DNA from: Mobula hypostoma
Taxonomy: Eukaryota
DNA: 64,000 nt
Direction: 5' to 3'
Assembly (NCBI RefSeq): GCF_963921235.1
Contig: NC_086097.1
Span: 23,996,001 to 24,060,000, forward strand
The notes beneath the pieces are model-generated. The model saw only the letters and a list, made by a program, of their open reading frames with translations. It did not search any database and was not told where the DNA came from. Each line of letters starts with the position of its first letter. The stretch's first letter is position 1. This document shows, in pieces, positions 23,444-35,900 of this stretch. The position numbers and the translations under genes were made by a program.

Positions 23444-25794
23444 GTCCTATTGGTTTTAAGCAATAAAACACTACTTTAACAGATTGACTGTGAATGTAAG
23501 AATGGAAAGACATTGTGTGATTTATTCTTGTAAGTATTTTTATTATGAATAAAATTTATTTTGGTATATGAAAAAAAAGCATACCTTCAGTTTGCAAAAT
23601 CCTATTCTCAGTTTCTCCACCTGTAGCATGCTTTATAAAACTGATCTTTGATCCGGCTTCTGGCCATCTGTCATGATAGCTCTGTATCCAGTTCAGCGTG
23701 AAGTTTTGTCTGATAACTGTCACGATGAGGCTGCTTAGAGCAGTTTATGATCGGTGGTTTGCAAATGCAAATTGATGTTAGTGAAGGAGCAGAGAGGAAG
23801 CTCTGTAGGAGTAAATGCAAGTAAAAGTAGCCTGTATTCACATACATCAAAATGGCAGTCTGGTAGCTCCTGTGCGTAACAAAGAGGGAACAGCAATTTT
23901 CTGACACACTGGGCTGATTGCAATTATACAGCGGGACAATGAGGGAAGTGAATGAGATGGGAAATGGCTGACTTGCCGCAGGCAGTAGATGTGTTTTGTA
24001 GCTGAAGGATAAGTAAGGAATCATAGAATTCATCAGGTATCCTGCTGTGTGCTTGTTGTTTAGCTCTTAGAAAGCATTTTATTACCATTTAAAAGAACAA
24101 GGTGTTGTCTTGAAATTCCTCCATGTAACAAGGGGCACACAACCCCCTTTTCCTCACACCTCCCAGAATGTGCTCATCTGCAGTCATACAGCACATAAAC
24201 AGGCCCTTCAGCCCATCTGATCCATGTGAACTAAGTTTGCCATCTAAGCTAGTCCTATTAGTAGGGAAGTCTAGGACCAGAGGGCACAGCCACCGAACAG
24301 AAGGAAGTCTTTTTAGAACAGAGATAAGGAGGAGAGAAAATAAATCAGCCATGATCGAACAGACCTGATGGGCTGAATAGCCTAATTCTGCTCCTATGTG
24401 TTGTGGTCTTACTTGCCCACGTTTTGTCCATGTCCCCCTAAGTCTTCCCTATCCAAGTACCTTTTAAATGTTGTTAATGTATCTGCCTCAACCATTTCCT
24501 CCGGCAGCTCATTTTATTTCCTGGGTGAAACAGACTCTCTCCTAAGAACTTTGGCCTCTAGTTCTTAATTCTCCAACACTGTAAAAAATATCGGGTACCT
24601 TCACTCACTTTATCCCTCTCATATTTTTATACACGTATAAGATCACCCCTTATTCTCCAACACTCCACTAAAGTAAGTCCCAAACTGTTCAATTTCTCTG
24701 CATAATCCAGTCCAATGAGGTCCAGCAACATCCTCATGAATTTCCTCTCCACTCTTTCCAGCTTAATGATTGATGACACCCTTCCCAGAGTATGTTGACC
24801 AAAGCTGAACACAACGTTCCAAATGCAGCCTTGCTGACAACTTGCTGTCCTCATTCTCAGCTATCGCTCTCCTGCTGGGGCATCCAGTTTGAGGCGGGAA
24901 ATGGGGGCGAAGGAAGCAATATAGGTAGAAACGTTTGGATGAATTGGGGGGAACTTGCACTGGGGAAGCACCCATGGTGAGATAGTTGGGGTGGAAGATC
25001 GGGGAAGGTGGAGGCAAATTCAAGGGAGGATTGTCCGATGTGGGACTGGGATAGGTGGCAGAAGAGCTCTTCCAGTTTGCTGACAGGGCACTTGGTAGAA
25101 ATGGCAATCGATTCAGGGCATTATAACAGTGAAGAGAAGGGCTTGTTTTGGTAACTGCCGTTGGAGAAGGTGTTTCTCGGGGACTGGTGAGAGGGATGTA
25201 GAGCTTTGATATAGAAAAGATAGTTGCTGAGGTTGGGAGTGGGGGTAATTGGTTTTGGGGGTTTGAACATTGGCAATCAGAGGTAGGTCAGAGGTACTTC
25301 TTTACTCAGAGAGTGGTAGATGCCTGGAATGCACTGCCTGGGTGGTGGAAGGGGTTAATACTACAAGGACATTTAAAAGATTCTTAGGTATGCACATGAA
25401 TGTAAGAAAAACAGAGAGTTTTGGGCTGTGGGGTCGGGAAGAGTTGAAGTGATCGTGGAGTACGTTTAAAGGCCGGAATAACGTCATGGGCCACAGGGCC
25501 TTTACAGTAGTGTACTATTCGGTGTTCTATGCTTATGCTCGATGTTCTAATCAGTCGTCCATAGCTTTAACCTGAAGCCAGGGTCAAGATTACATGTTAA
25601 GTAAGAACGTTGGCTTTGTTGTCACATGTACGTCAAAACATACAGGGAAATATGCTGCTTGCATCAAGTTAAATCAGCAAGGATTGCGCTGGGCGCAGCT
25701 ACATGCGTCGCCAGGCTTCCCACGCCAACGTAGCACACCCACAACTTACTAACCCTAACCGGAGGAAATCCACACGGTCACGGGGAAAACGTAC

Positions 25795-26370
25795 AAGTTC
25801 AAGTTAGTTGTCATTCAACTGTGCACATATGCAGCTAGACAAAACAACGTTTCTCAGCGGCTAAGGTGTAAAACACAATACATGTATCACATCCAGCACA
25901 TAAAATAATATTAACAGATAATAAAGAATATTCTGTGAATGTACAAGTTGACATAAAGTGCATTTACAACAGATAGTTAAATATATGTAATGCTACTGAC
26001 ACTGATTTAAATAGCATGTACCGGGTGGTAGCAGGGTATTCAGAGGTTTCACAGCCAGGGGAAGAAGCTGTTACGCAGCCTAACAGTCCCTGTTCTTACA
26101 CTGTGGTACGTTCTGCCTGACGGTAGGAGGTCAAGGAGACTGTTGGACGAATGGGAGGGGTCCTTGACAATCTGAGGGCTCTGAGAACGCAGCACCCCTG
26201 GTGTATGCCCTGGATGGAGGGGGGGGAGAGAGACCCCAATGATTCTCACAGCAGTGCTCGCAATCTGTTGCAGCGTCTTGTGGTCAGATGCTCTGCAATT
26301 CCCATACCAGATGGTGATACAGCTGGTCAGGCACTCTTGATGGTGCTCTGGTAGAGTGTGGTTAGAACGG
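25795..26370 (-). mobile_element. Rex1/Babar-like 3' fragment
   Basis: ORF 26049..26249 IVKDPSHSSNSLLDLLPSGRTYHSVRTGTVRLRNSFFP. Confidence 0.8.
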
Positions 26371-26469
26371 GGTGTGGTGAGAGTACAAACTACTCATAGA
26401 CAGCAGTGAGAGCAATCAGAGCCTGATTGGGGGTTGCTGATGCTGTAAAACCATTGTGCTGAACAAGGA

Positions 26470-27016
26470 ACATAGAATAGTACAGCACAGTACAGGCCCT
26501 TCGGCCACAATGTTATGCCGACCCTTATACTCTGCCTTCCATATAATCCCTCACCTTAAATTCCTCCATATACCTGTCTAGTAGTCTCCTAAATTTCACT
26601 AGTGTATCTGCCTCCACCACTGAGTCAGGCAGTGTATTCCATGCATCAACCACTCTCTGAGTAAAAAACCTTCCTCTAATATCCCCCTTGAACTTCCCAC
26701 CCCTTACCTTAAAGCCATGATCTCTTGTATTGAGCAGTGGTGCCCTGGGGAAGAGGCACTGGATGTCCACTCTATCTATTCCTCTTAATATCTTGTATAC
26801 CTCTATCATGTCTCCTCTCATCCTCCTTCTCTCCAAAGAGTAAAGCCCTAGCTCTCTTAATCTCTGATCATAATGCATACTCTCTAAACCAGGCAGCATC
26901 CTGGTAAATCTCCTCTGTACCCTTTCCAATGCTTCCACATCCTTCCTGAAGTGAGGCGTCCAGAACTGGACACAGTACTCCAAGTGTGGCCTAACCAGAG
27001 TTTTATAGAGCTGCAT
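26470..27016 (-). mobile_element. Young CR1 3' fragment with open 163-aa frame
   Basis: ORF 26525..27016 LYKTLVRPHLEYCVQFW..ERVQRRFTRMLPGL..FFTQRVVDAWN, followed by CR1 3' UTR. Confidence 0.92.
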
Positions 27017-27639
27017 CTGCTATATAGCTGCTAAGCACTATGCTATTGTGCTACCCCGATAATGCACAGATAAATTTTGGTTAGGCCCACACAAAATGTA
27101 TGCAGTGCACCTGTTTAGTCAGATTTGCCAACATTTCCCTAAATCCTGGTCTCTGTATACACACTGTTGAGCACTCTTACTGCATCCAGGTCGAGACAGG
27201 GTCAAACATTCACTTTTAGTCTTGAGGCTATTGATAACGTAATGTCAGTCTCCTGTACAGTGTCAGAATTTATCTCACTGGTAACCTCAATATGTTACAC
27301 TTTATTAATGAGGCTGGGTCCACACATGACACCAAAAGAGGAAAAGAGCAGGATTAAAAAGCTGGGAGAGTCAAACAGCCCTAAAGCTCACTATGTCCTT
27401 GCTGACAATCAAGCCTTCATTTGGAATAATCCTGCACATATTCCATGTTATTCTTACCAAAGTCTGATCAACACCCCCAGATTCTACCATATTGCACTCG
27501 GAACAATTTAAAGCTGCCAATTAATCTGCCAAGCTGCACGTCTGTGAGATATGAAGAGAAAGCAGAATATACTAGAGATGCTTATGTGGTCACTGGGGAA
27601 CTTACAAGCTCCACATTCAATGGAGAATTAACAAGAGAA

Positions 27640-28165
27640 CCATACTGGAGAAACCCAGCGGGTCAGGCAGCATCCATGGAGAGGAATAAACAGTCGACGT
27701 TTCAAGACCCTTCATCAGGACTGTAAAGGAAGGGGAAAGAAGCCAAAATAAAAAAGGTGAGGGGAAGGGAAGGAGTACAAAATGTCAGGTGATAGGTGAA
27801 GCCAGGTGAGGCGGAAAGTGGGAGGATGAGGAGGAGGGATGAAGCGAGAAGCTGGGAAATGATAGGTGGAAGAGGTAAAAGGCTGAAGAAGAACGAATCT
27901 GATAGGAGAGGAGAGTGAACCATGGGAGAAAGGGAAGGAGGAGGGGCACCAGAGTGGGGTAAAGTGCAGGTGAGTAGAGAGAATGGGAATGGGAGAAGAG
28001 AGAAAAAGAAGGGTGAGAAATTACCTGAAGATAGAGAAATCAATGTTCATGTCATCAGGTTGAAGGCTACCCAGACAGAATATAAAATATTACTCCTCCA
28101 AACTGAGACTGGCCTCATCATGACAGTAGCAGAGGCCGTGGAGAGACATATTAGAATGGGAACAG
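27640..28165 (-). mobile_element. Penelope-like 3' fragment; hammerhead core at 27691-27723
   Basis: Minus strand reads CAGTC-CTGATGA-AGGGTCTT-GAAACGTC-GACTG; GIY-YIG end at ~28030-28160. Confidence 0.85.
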
Positions 28166-28959
28166 GACAAGAGAAGTCAGAGTTTCAGCAATACAGATAA
28201 AAGTAACTCATACATAAACAGAGAACGATGTGAATCCCCTACATTGTGGTTAACCTGCAGGTGCAGAAGAGTTGCACCCTTGGAGAGAGGGGGAAGGGTG
28301 AGGAGGAACAGAATGGATGTTTCAAGGGAAACAATGAATAAGAGAGTAAAATATCAGAATCAGAATCAGCTTTATTATCACTTGACATGTTGTGAAATGT
28401 TTTGCTTGGTGGCAGCAATAATATAAGTCAGAATATAATCAGGTTGAAGCTGCAGTGGATTGAATGCCAATGAACAAGATATTGAATGTTGTATTGAATG
28501 AAATGCGGAAGGATGCCAGGGTTCACATCCATAAATCCCTCAAAGTTGCTGCACAATGTGATTGATAGGGTAGTTAAGAAAGTTGGCCTTCATTAGTTGG
28601 GGGATTGAGTTCAAGAACCATCAGGTAATATTGCAACTCTATAAAACTCTGATCAAGCCACACTTGAAACATTGCACTCAGTTCTGGTCCCCCCCATCAT
28701 AGGAAGGATGTGAATACTTTAGAGAGGGTGCAAAGAGATTTGCCAGGATGCTGACTAGATTAGAGAGCATCTTTCATGAGGATAGATTGAATGGGCTACA
28801 GCTCTTCTATTTGGAGTGAAGGAGGATGAGAGGTGACTTGATAGATGATAAGAGGCACAGGTCGAGTGGACAGCCAGAGACTTTTTCCCAGGGGATATTT
28901 AAGAGACTCTTAGTTAGGCAAATGGATAAAAGGAAAATAGAAAGCTATTTTTGAAGATA

Positions 28960-29160
28960 GAGTTGGAGCCTCCCAAGGCGGCTGGATATCATTGAATATC
29001 CTTCCGACAGCTCCTGCAGCCAAGCTGGTGCCAAGCCTATTGCTTCGTAGGCTTTCATTTGGACTACACAGCTGTGGCCAAGAGGGGGATCCTGACAACT
29101 GGGCATCTCAGATCTCCATACCTTCCACCCGTGCTTGTGATGATGATCACCATCATCACG
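28960..29160 (+). mobile_element. RTE-related non-coding fragment homologous to the body of SINE family B
   Basis: Shares CTGGTGCCAAGC..TTGGAC..GAGGGG..TGGGCA..CCATAC blocks with the minus strand of 21195-21514; ends in (GAT)n-like repeats. Confidence 0.5.
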
Positions 29161-31884
29161 CATTGATTGATAGATAGATAGATAGATATACTTTATTAAT
29201 CCCGAGGGAAATGTGGTTTCGTTGGTTTTTTATTTGGTTTTGTAATTGTCCTCAGAGACAGACAGATGCCAACCACCAGAGTTAGGTTGACCTTAGTGTA
29301 GGCTAAAGGATCAGCACAACATTGTGGACCAAAGGGCCTGCTGTACTGTTCTATTTCCTGTGTTCTATTTGTCCACAAGTGGGCAGCAGCAAAGAATAAA
29401 TGGTGGCCTCAAAGACAAATGGACTACTCTCCTTTATTGGCCAAAGCACCAAATACCAGGAGCTGCAGCCAATTTGCTGGAGGAACTCAACCGGTCGAGC
29501 ACCATCTGTGGGAGGAAAAGAATTGTTGATGTTTTCGGTCGAAACCCTACACCAGAAACAATGACAATTCCTCCAACCCACTGAGTTCCTCCAGCAGATC
29601 ATTTATTGCTCCAGATCCCAGCATCTGCAGTCTCGGGTCTACACAGAATGTAGGAGTGGGAAGATTATGCTGTCGCTCTGTACCACACTAGCTAAGTCAT
29701 GGTTTGAATACAGCATCCAGTCTGGTCACCTCATGACAGGAAGATGTAATTGTACTGGAAAAGCTGTTTGTGGACATTACCAGAACTGGAAATGTATAGC
29801 TTTGAAGAAAGAGAGGATAAACTAAGGTAGTTTTCTCTGGAATGGAGAAGGCTGAGGGGTGTGTATATAGAAACATAGAAACATAGAAAATAGGTGCAGG
29901 AGTGGGCCATTCGGCCCTTATGTAAGACCATAAGACAGAGGAACAGAATTAGGCCATTTGACCAATTAAGTTTACTGTGCAAATCCATCCTGTCTGATTT
30001 ATAATCCCTCTCAATCCCATTCTCCTACCTTCTCCCTCACTAATCAAGAACCTATCAACCTCAGACTTAAATATACCTAATGACTTAGTCCCAACAGCCA
30101 TCTGTAGCAATGAATTCTACAGATTCACCACCCTTAGAATAAAGAAATTCCTCCTCACCTCTGTTCTAAAGGGATGTCCTTCTATTCTGAAGCTGTGCCT
30201 TCTGGTCCAAGACTACCCCACTGTAAAAAAGCATTCTCTCCATGTGCATTCTATCAAGATCTTTCAATATTCAATACTTCCAACGATTCTCCTCTCATTC
30301 TTTGAATTCCAGACCCAGAACCATCAAACGCTCCTCATATATTTATTGTAGTCCTATATAGAGTTGGAAAGACCCATTTTCCTTAACAGATGGTCAACAA
30401 ACAGTGGGATGGATGTAAAGCAATTAGAGCAAAAGGTATAGAGGAGATTTTTACACGGAGAGCGGAGAGTGTGTGGAATGGGCTGCTGGTGATGGTAGTG
30501 GAGCAGATACAATAGGGTCTTTTAAGAGACTCCTAGACAGGTGTATGGAGCTCAGGAAAATAGAGGGCTATGGGTAACCCCAGTTAATTTCTCAGGTAAA
30601 GACATGTTCAGCACAGCTTTGTGGGCCGAAGGGCCTATATTGTGCTGTAGGTTTTCTATGTTTCTATGTTTCTTCTAAAGGATTAAGATGGCACTGCCAG
30701 GATTGGTAATAGAGGCAGATACATTAGCGACATATAAAAGATGTTTGATATGCTCATGAATGAAAGAAAAATGAAGGGCTATGCAGGAGGGAAGGGTTAG
30801 ACTGACTTTGGAGTAGGTTAAAGATTCAGCACGATGTTGTGGGAAGAAAGTCCTATACTGAACTGTTCCATCTTATATGTTTTATGAAGGAGTTTTTTTC
30901 ACACAGAAGACAGTAGGGATATGGAAATCACTGAGGGATATTGGAGACAAAAGCACTCATCACATTTGAACAGTACTTGAAAAACTACTAATTGAATGCT
31001 AGATGATGCAATGAAGCTGACTACCCCTTTTTATACCTGGCCTGAACATGATGGGCTGAATGGCCTCCTTCTCTGTCACTAGGTTTTCTATAATTCTTAG
31101 TTAATGATTGAATCAGAATCAGAATCTAAATCAAGTTTACTATCGCTGACATGCAGTATGCAATCACATTTATTGTTTTGCGGTAGTACATTAAAAACGT
31201 ACTATAAATTACAATAACAAATATATATAAAATTAAATTAACTGAGTGATGCAAGAAGCGAGCCAAAAGAGTGAGGAACAGTTCATAGACTGGATCATTG
31301 TCCACTCAGAAATCTGATGGCAGAGGGGAGGAAGCTGCTCCTAAACACCAGCTGTCTCGGTTTGGTTACAGACCTATATTGGTTTGAAGGAAGGGCACTG
31401 GTAATTGGGAAGACAATAAATGAAGGAAAAAATAGACAGAGAAGAAAAGAAGATGGAAAACAAATGAGAGACTAATGGCAGGAATAACTAAATGGTGTTC
31501 TTTATTTGGCACCAGTATAATCCATTTACTGACACCGGATCCACGCGTAGAGGCAGTTTCTCAATTAGATCCCAAGTAATTGATTAGCTTAGGCAGAGGG
31601 AATTTAATGCTTTTGATGAAAACATCTTGTTTGAGCACAAGCTGTAATTAGACAGACACAAAGTGCGATTTGCTGTGTTGGTGACGTGGCAGAATAACTG
31701 TTTGCTATGAAGTGAGTCTGCTCATCCTTTCACTCACTGGATCAGACAGCTTTGCAAAAACATCACTTGCAAAATCACCAGCCGTTCCGTTTGCTTCTTT
31801 GTATTGTGTTTCTTTTTAATAATGTGCATGTTTCCAAAGAGGGTGTGAGATAAAACTTTGTTAAAGCAAAGTCAACAATTTTCC

Positions 31885-32975
31885 TTTTGCAACTGTATTA
31901 AACTTTGGTGAGGTTGCACTTGGAGTATTGTGGACAATTCTGGTTGCCCCATTATAACATAGGTCATAAGACCATAAGCCTAGGAGCGGAATTAGCCCAT
32001 TTGACCCATTGAGTATGCTCCACCACTCCATGATGGCTGATTTATTTTCTCTCTCAACCCCATACTCTTGTCTTCTTCCTATTACAAGAGCCCATCAATG
32101 TCCACTTTAAATATGCCCACTGACTTGGGCTCCACAGCCATCTGTGGTAATGAATTCCACAGATTCACTACCCTCAGGCTGAAGAAATCCCTCCTCACTG
32201 CTCTGAAGGAATGTCCTTCTATTCTGAGGCTGTGTCCTCTGGTCTTAGACTATCCCACCATTGGAAACATCCTCTCCATTTCCTCTCTACTTAGGCCTTT
32301 CAATATTTAGTATGTTTCAATGAGATCTCCCCTCATTCTTCTAAACTCCAGTAGGTCCAGGGTCAGAATCATAAAAAGCTCCTCAGATGTTAACCCTTTC
32401 ATTCCCAATATCATTCTTGCAAACCTCTTCTCCAACACCAGCACATCCTTCCTTAGAAACTGCTCACAATACTTCAAGTACGGTCTGACCAGGATTGAGG
32501 TGGAGCCTTTCGAGAAGGGGCAGAGGAGGTTCACCAGATTGTTGCCTGGATTAGAGGATACGAGGTTGAACAAATTTAAATTGTTTTGTCTGGAACTTTG
32601 GAGGCTGAGTGGAGATGCGGAAGATATTCCAAAGATTATAAGAGGCTTGGATAGTGTAGGCAGCCAGTATATATCTCCCACAATCGCAATGTCTGATACT
32701 AGAGAGCATGTACTTCAGGTGAGAGGAGTTAAAGGAGACAGGCATGGCAAGATTTTTACGCAGAGTGGGGGTGCCTGGAGCAGGCAGCCCAGGGGGAGGG
32801 GGAAAGCAGATACTATAGTGTTGTTTAAGAGGATGTTCGCTAGACATACGAACATGCAGAATGGTGGTATATGGACCTTGTACAGGCAGAAGAGAATTAG
32901 TTTAATTTGGCATTGTTGTCGGCACAGACACTGTGGGCCAAATGGCCTGCTTCTGTGCTGCTCTGTTCTATGTTC
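31885..32975. mobile_element. Plus-strand CR1 interrupted by a minus-strand CR1 (~31960-32490)
   Basis: Plus copy reads ..EYCGQFWLPHY | RIEVEPFEKGQRRFTRLLPGL across the insertion. Confidence 0.8.
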
Positions 32976-35900
32976 TAATCTGAATGCACCAATTGCACCC
33001 TCTGTCAGCTTTCATTGCCTTATCCCACTCATGTGAAAGCTCATCCACCCATTGCTGCTACCGACCAACACCCCTCTGGCAGCACCTCAGATTTAGGAAG
33101 GGTCACTCTGCTGTGCCAATCGTTGCAGGATCTTCGCTTCCCTACACATCCGACAGAGTTTTATCCATCTGAGATCTGAGCCCCTCGTGTGTCCTGGCTT
33201 AAATTTTTGTGGATTCCCTGAACTAAATCACTCCACCATGAGCTGCCATTTTTCATTTTTGGAATGGGTAACCTCTGGCGCCCCATTGTAGATGGTGACA
33301 CAACCTGTCAGAATGCTCTCCCAAGATATACCTCTCAAAAATTGCTAACACCTTCAGTGGCCAAATTTCCTCAATCACTCAACGAAATATAGCAGTAGCC
33401 ATGCCCATCAAAATTTGATGTTTGGGAATAAACAGCCTTCTAACCAGCACAAAGAGCATTACTGTTTGATACCTCAAAGAGGACACAATTTTCCATTATG
33501 ATTTTACATATATAAATGTGCTGCAGAGAAGTGAAAAGCTTTAAATGAGTCATGAAGTCTTAGATAGACACTGGAGACAAGCAGAACAAAGAAGTACACG
33601 AGTCAACCTTACCGATTCATGCCAGTGTTCGCACCCCACAGAAACGTCTTCCCACCTCGCTTCAAAAAGCCTGGCATCATATTTTTACTTTCCTTTCTTC
33701 TTCGTGTACTAAGCTGACTTTAAAGATAAAGATTACCTTTATTTGCCACATGTACTGCACAACAAAATGTACAGTGAAATGTGTCAGAAGCATCGAATCA
33801 CATAGGCAAGGATTGTCCTCGGGTCGGCCCACAAATGTCGCCGCACTTCTGGCACCAACATAGCGTGCCCACGACTCACTAACCCAAACGAATGCCTTTG
33901 GAATGTGGGAGGAAACCAGAGCACCCAGGGGAAGCCAGTGTGGTCCTGGAGGGAATAAACCAACTCCTTACAGACGGCAGTAAGAATGGAACCCTGATCT
34001 TACAGACAGCGCTGAATAACATTGTGCTAACCGCTCGTTTGATAAATTACTCTCTGCACCGACAAACTTTGCATTCTCACTTTTCTCTGGGTAAAGATTA
34101 ATGATGGTTTGCCTTGCCCTTGAGGTCTATCCAGCATGAGCAATCAATACCCCTCAGTCTAACATTAGAACATAAGAAATAGTATGAGGTCATAGGTTAA
34201 GGGTGAAAGGTGAAATATTTAACGGAAACCTGAGAGAAAACTTAACCATTCAGGGGGTGCTATAAGTGTGGAATGAGCTGTTAGCGAATATGGTGAGCGT
34301 AGGTTCAATTGCAACATTTGAGAGAAGTTTGGGAAAAATTACACACCACCAGATTCGGGAACAGTTACTACACTTCAACCATCAGGCTCCTAAAAGAGTG
34401 CATATTACTTCACTCACCTGAACTGTGAACTTATTCCACAACCTACAGATTCACATTCAAGGGTTCTACAACTCATCTTCTCATAATCTATCTATCTATT
34501 TGCTTACTTTCTACAATTTGTCTTCATTGTCGCATTGGCTGTTCGTCAGTCTTTGCTTATATTTTGCTTTTTTTTATAAATGCTGTTTTATTTCTTTAAT
34601 TACCAGTAAATGCCTGCAAATAAATGAATCTCAGCATATTTTATGGTGACATATACGTACTTTGAAAAAGGATCTAGTGCTTTCCCAGCATATATGACAT
34701 AAAAAGTTTTCTTGAACTTCCAGCCGGGTGCAGGTATCGATTTTAACCAATGTTTTGTTGACAAACTCAGCCACCTTTGTCAGGAGCTTTATGTTTATGC
34801 TTTATATGTACTTTGATAATAAATTTACTTTGACTTTGCAGTGTCAGTGCATGGATGGGAGGTGTACGGAGGGCCATGGTCCAGGCATGGATTGACAGAA
34901 TAACAGTTTAGCATGGACTAGATGGGCCAAAGGACCTGTTTCTGTGCTGTGGTTCTCTATGACTTCATGACTCTATAAACCTTCAGCCCATTCTGTTATC
35001 AGATAATATCTTGGTTATTCTGATCTTGGCTTTGCTTTCGAAGCTTCATAAGTACTGATATCCCATTACCAAAACAAATCTACCTGAGCCCCAGTTCGGC
35101 TTCACAGCTGTGTTGGGGTAGGGAATTCCAAAAAGTCATGACCTTATGAGAGAAATTGTTCATCACCTTTCATGGCTATCCCCCTATTCTGAAACTATCT
35201 CCATGGTGATAATTCTTCAAAACATGGGGAGGCATTGGATTCAAGGTGAGCTAGTTATCTTAATCCAAAATCAGCTCGAGGATACAAGGCAAAGGGTGGT
35301 GGTTGGAAGAATACTTGTCACAGCAGCCAGCAAATCCATCCAATTAGTCTCCCAAACTTTTGTTTGTGCATACAACCTGTACGCAAGGCCACACAACCAG
35401 AAATGTAACCGCAGAATTAGGCCGTTGGGCCCATCAAATCTGCTCCACAATTAGTAAATTATGGATGATGTATTTTCCCCTTAGGCCCATTCTTCTACCA
35501 TCTCTCCATAACCATTGACATCCTTACCAATTAAGTGCCTATCAACCTCTGCTTTAAATATACCCAATGACTTGGCCTCCATAACTGCCTACAGCAATGA
35601 ATTCCACAGACTCACCACCTTCTGGCTAAAGAACCTCCTCCTCACCTTTGCTCTGAAAGGGGGCATCCTTGTATTCTGAGGCTATGCCCTCTGGTCCTAG
35701 ACTCTGCCCCAATGGAAACATCTCCACCCTGACCTTTAAATCCCTTCGTGAAACAGCATTCTGTTATCTCTACCAATCAAATTATTCCGTAAACTTGAAG
35801 ACTTCTTTTTTTTAAACAAAAGCATGATTAAAACAGAACACGTGAATAGTTGCTGTTAAATCAGACTGGACCTTCAGAAACGTGTGCACCGGTGTTAAGA

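Noticed and set aside
32320..33036. 238-aa ORF as a novel gene
   Set aside because: Chimera of an antisense CR1 fragment and a decayed sense CR1 fragment across a nested-insertion junction.
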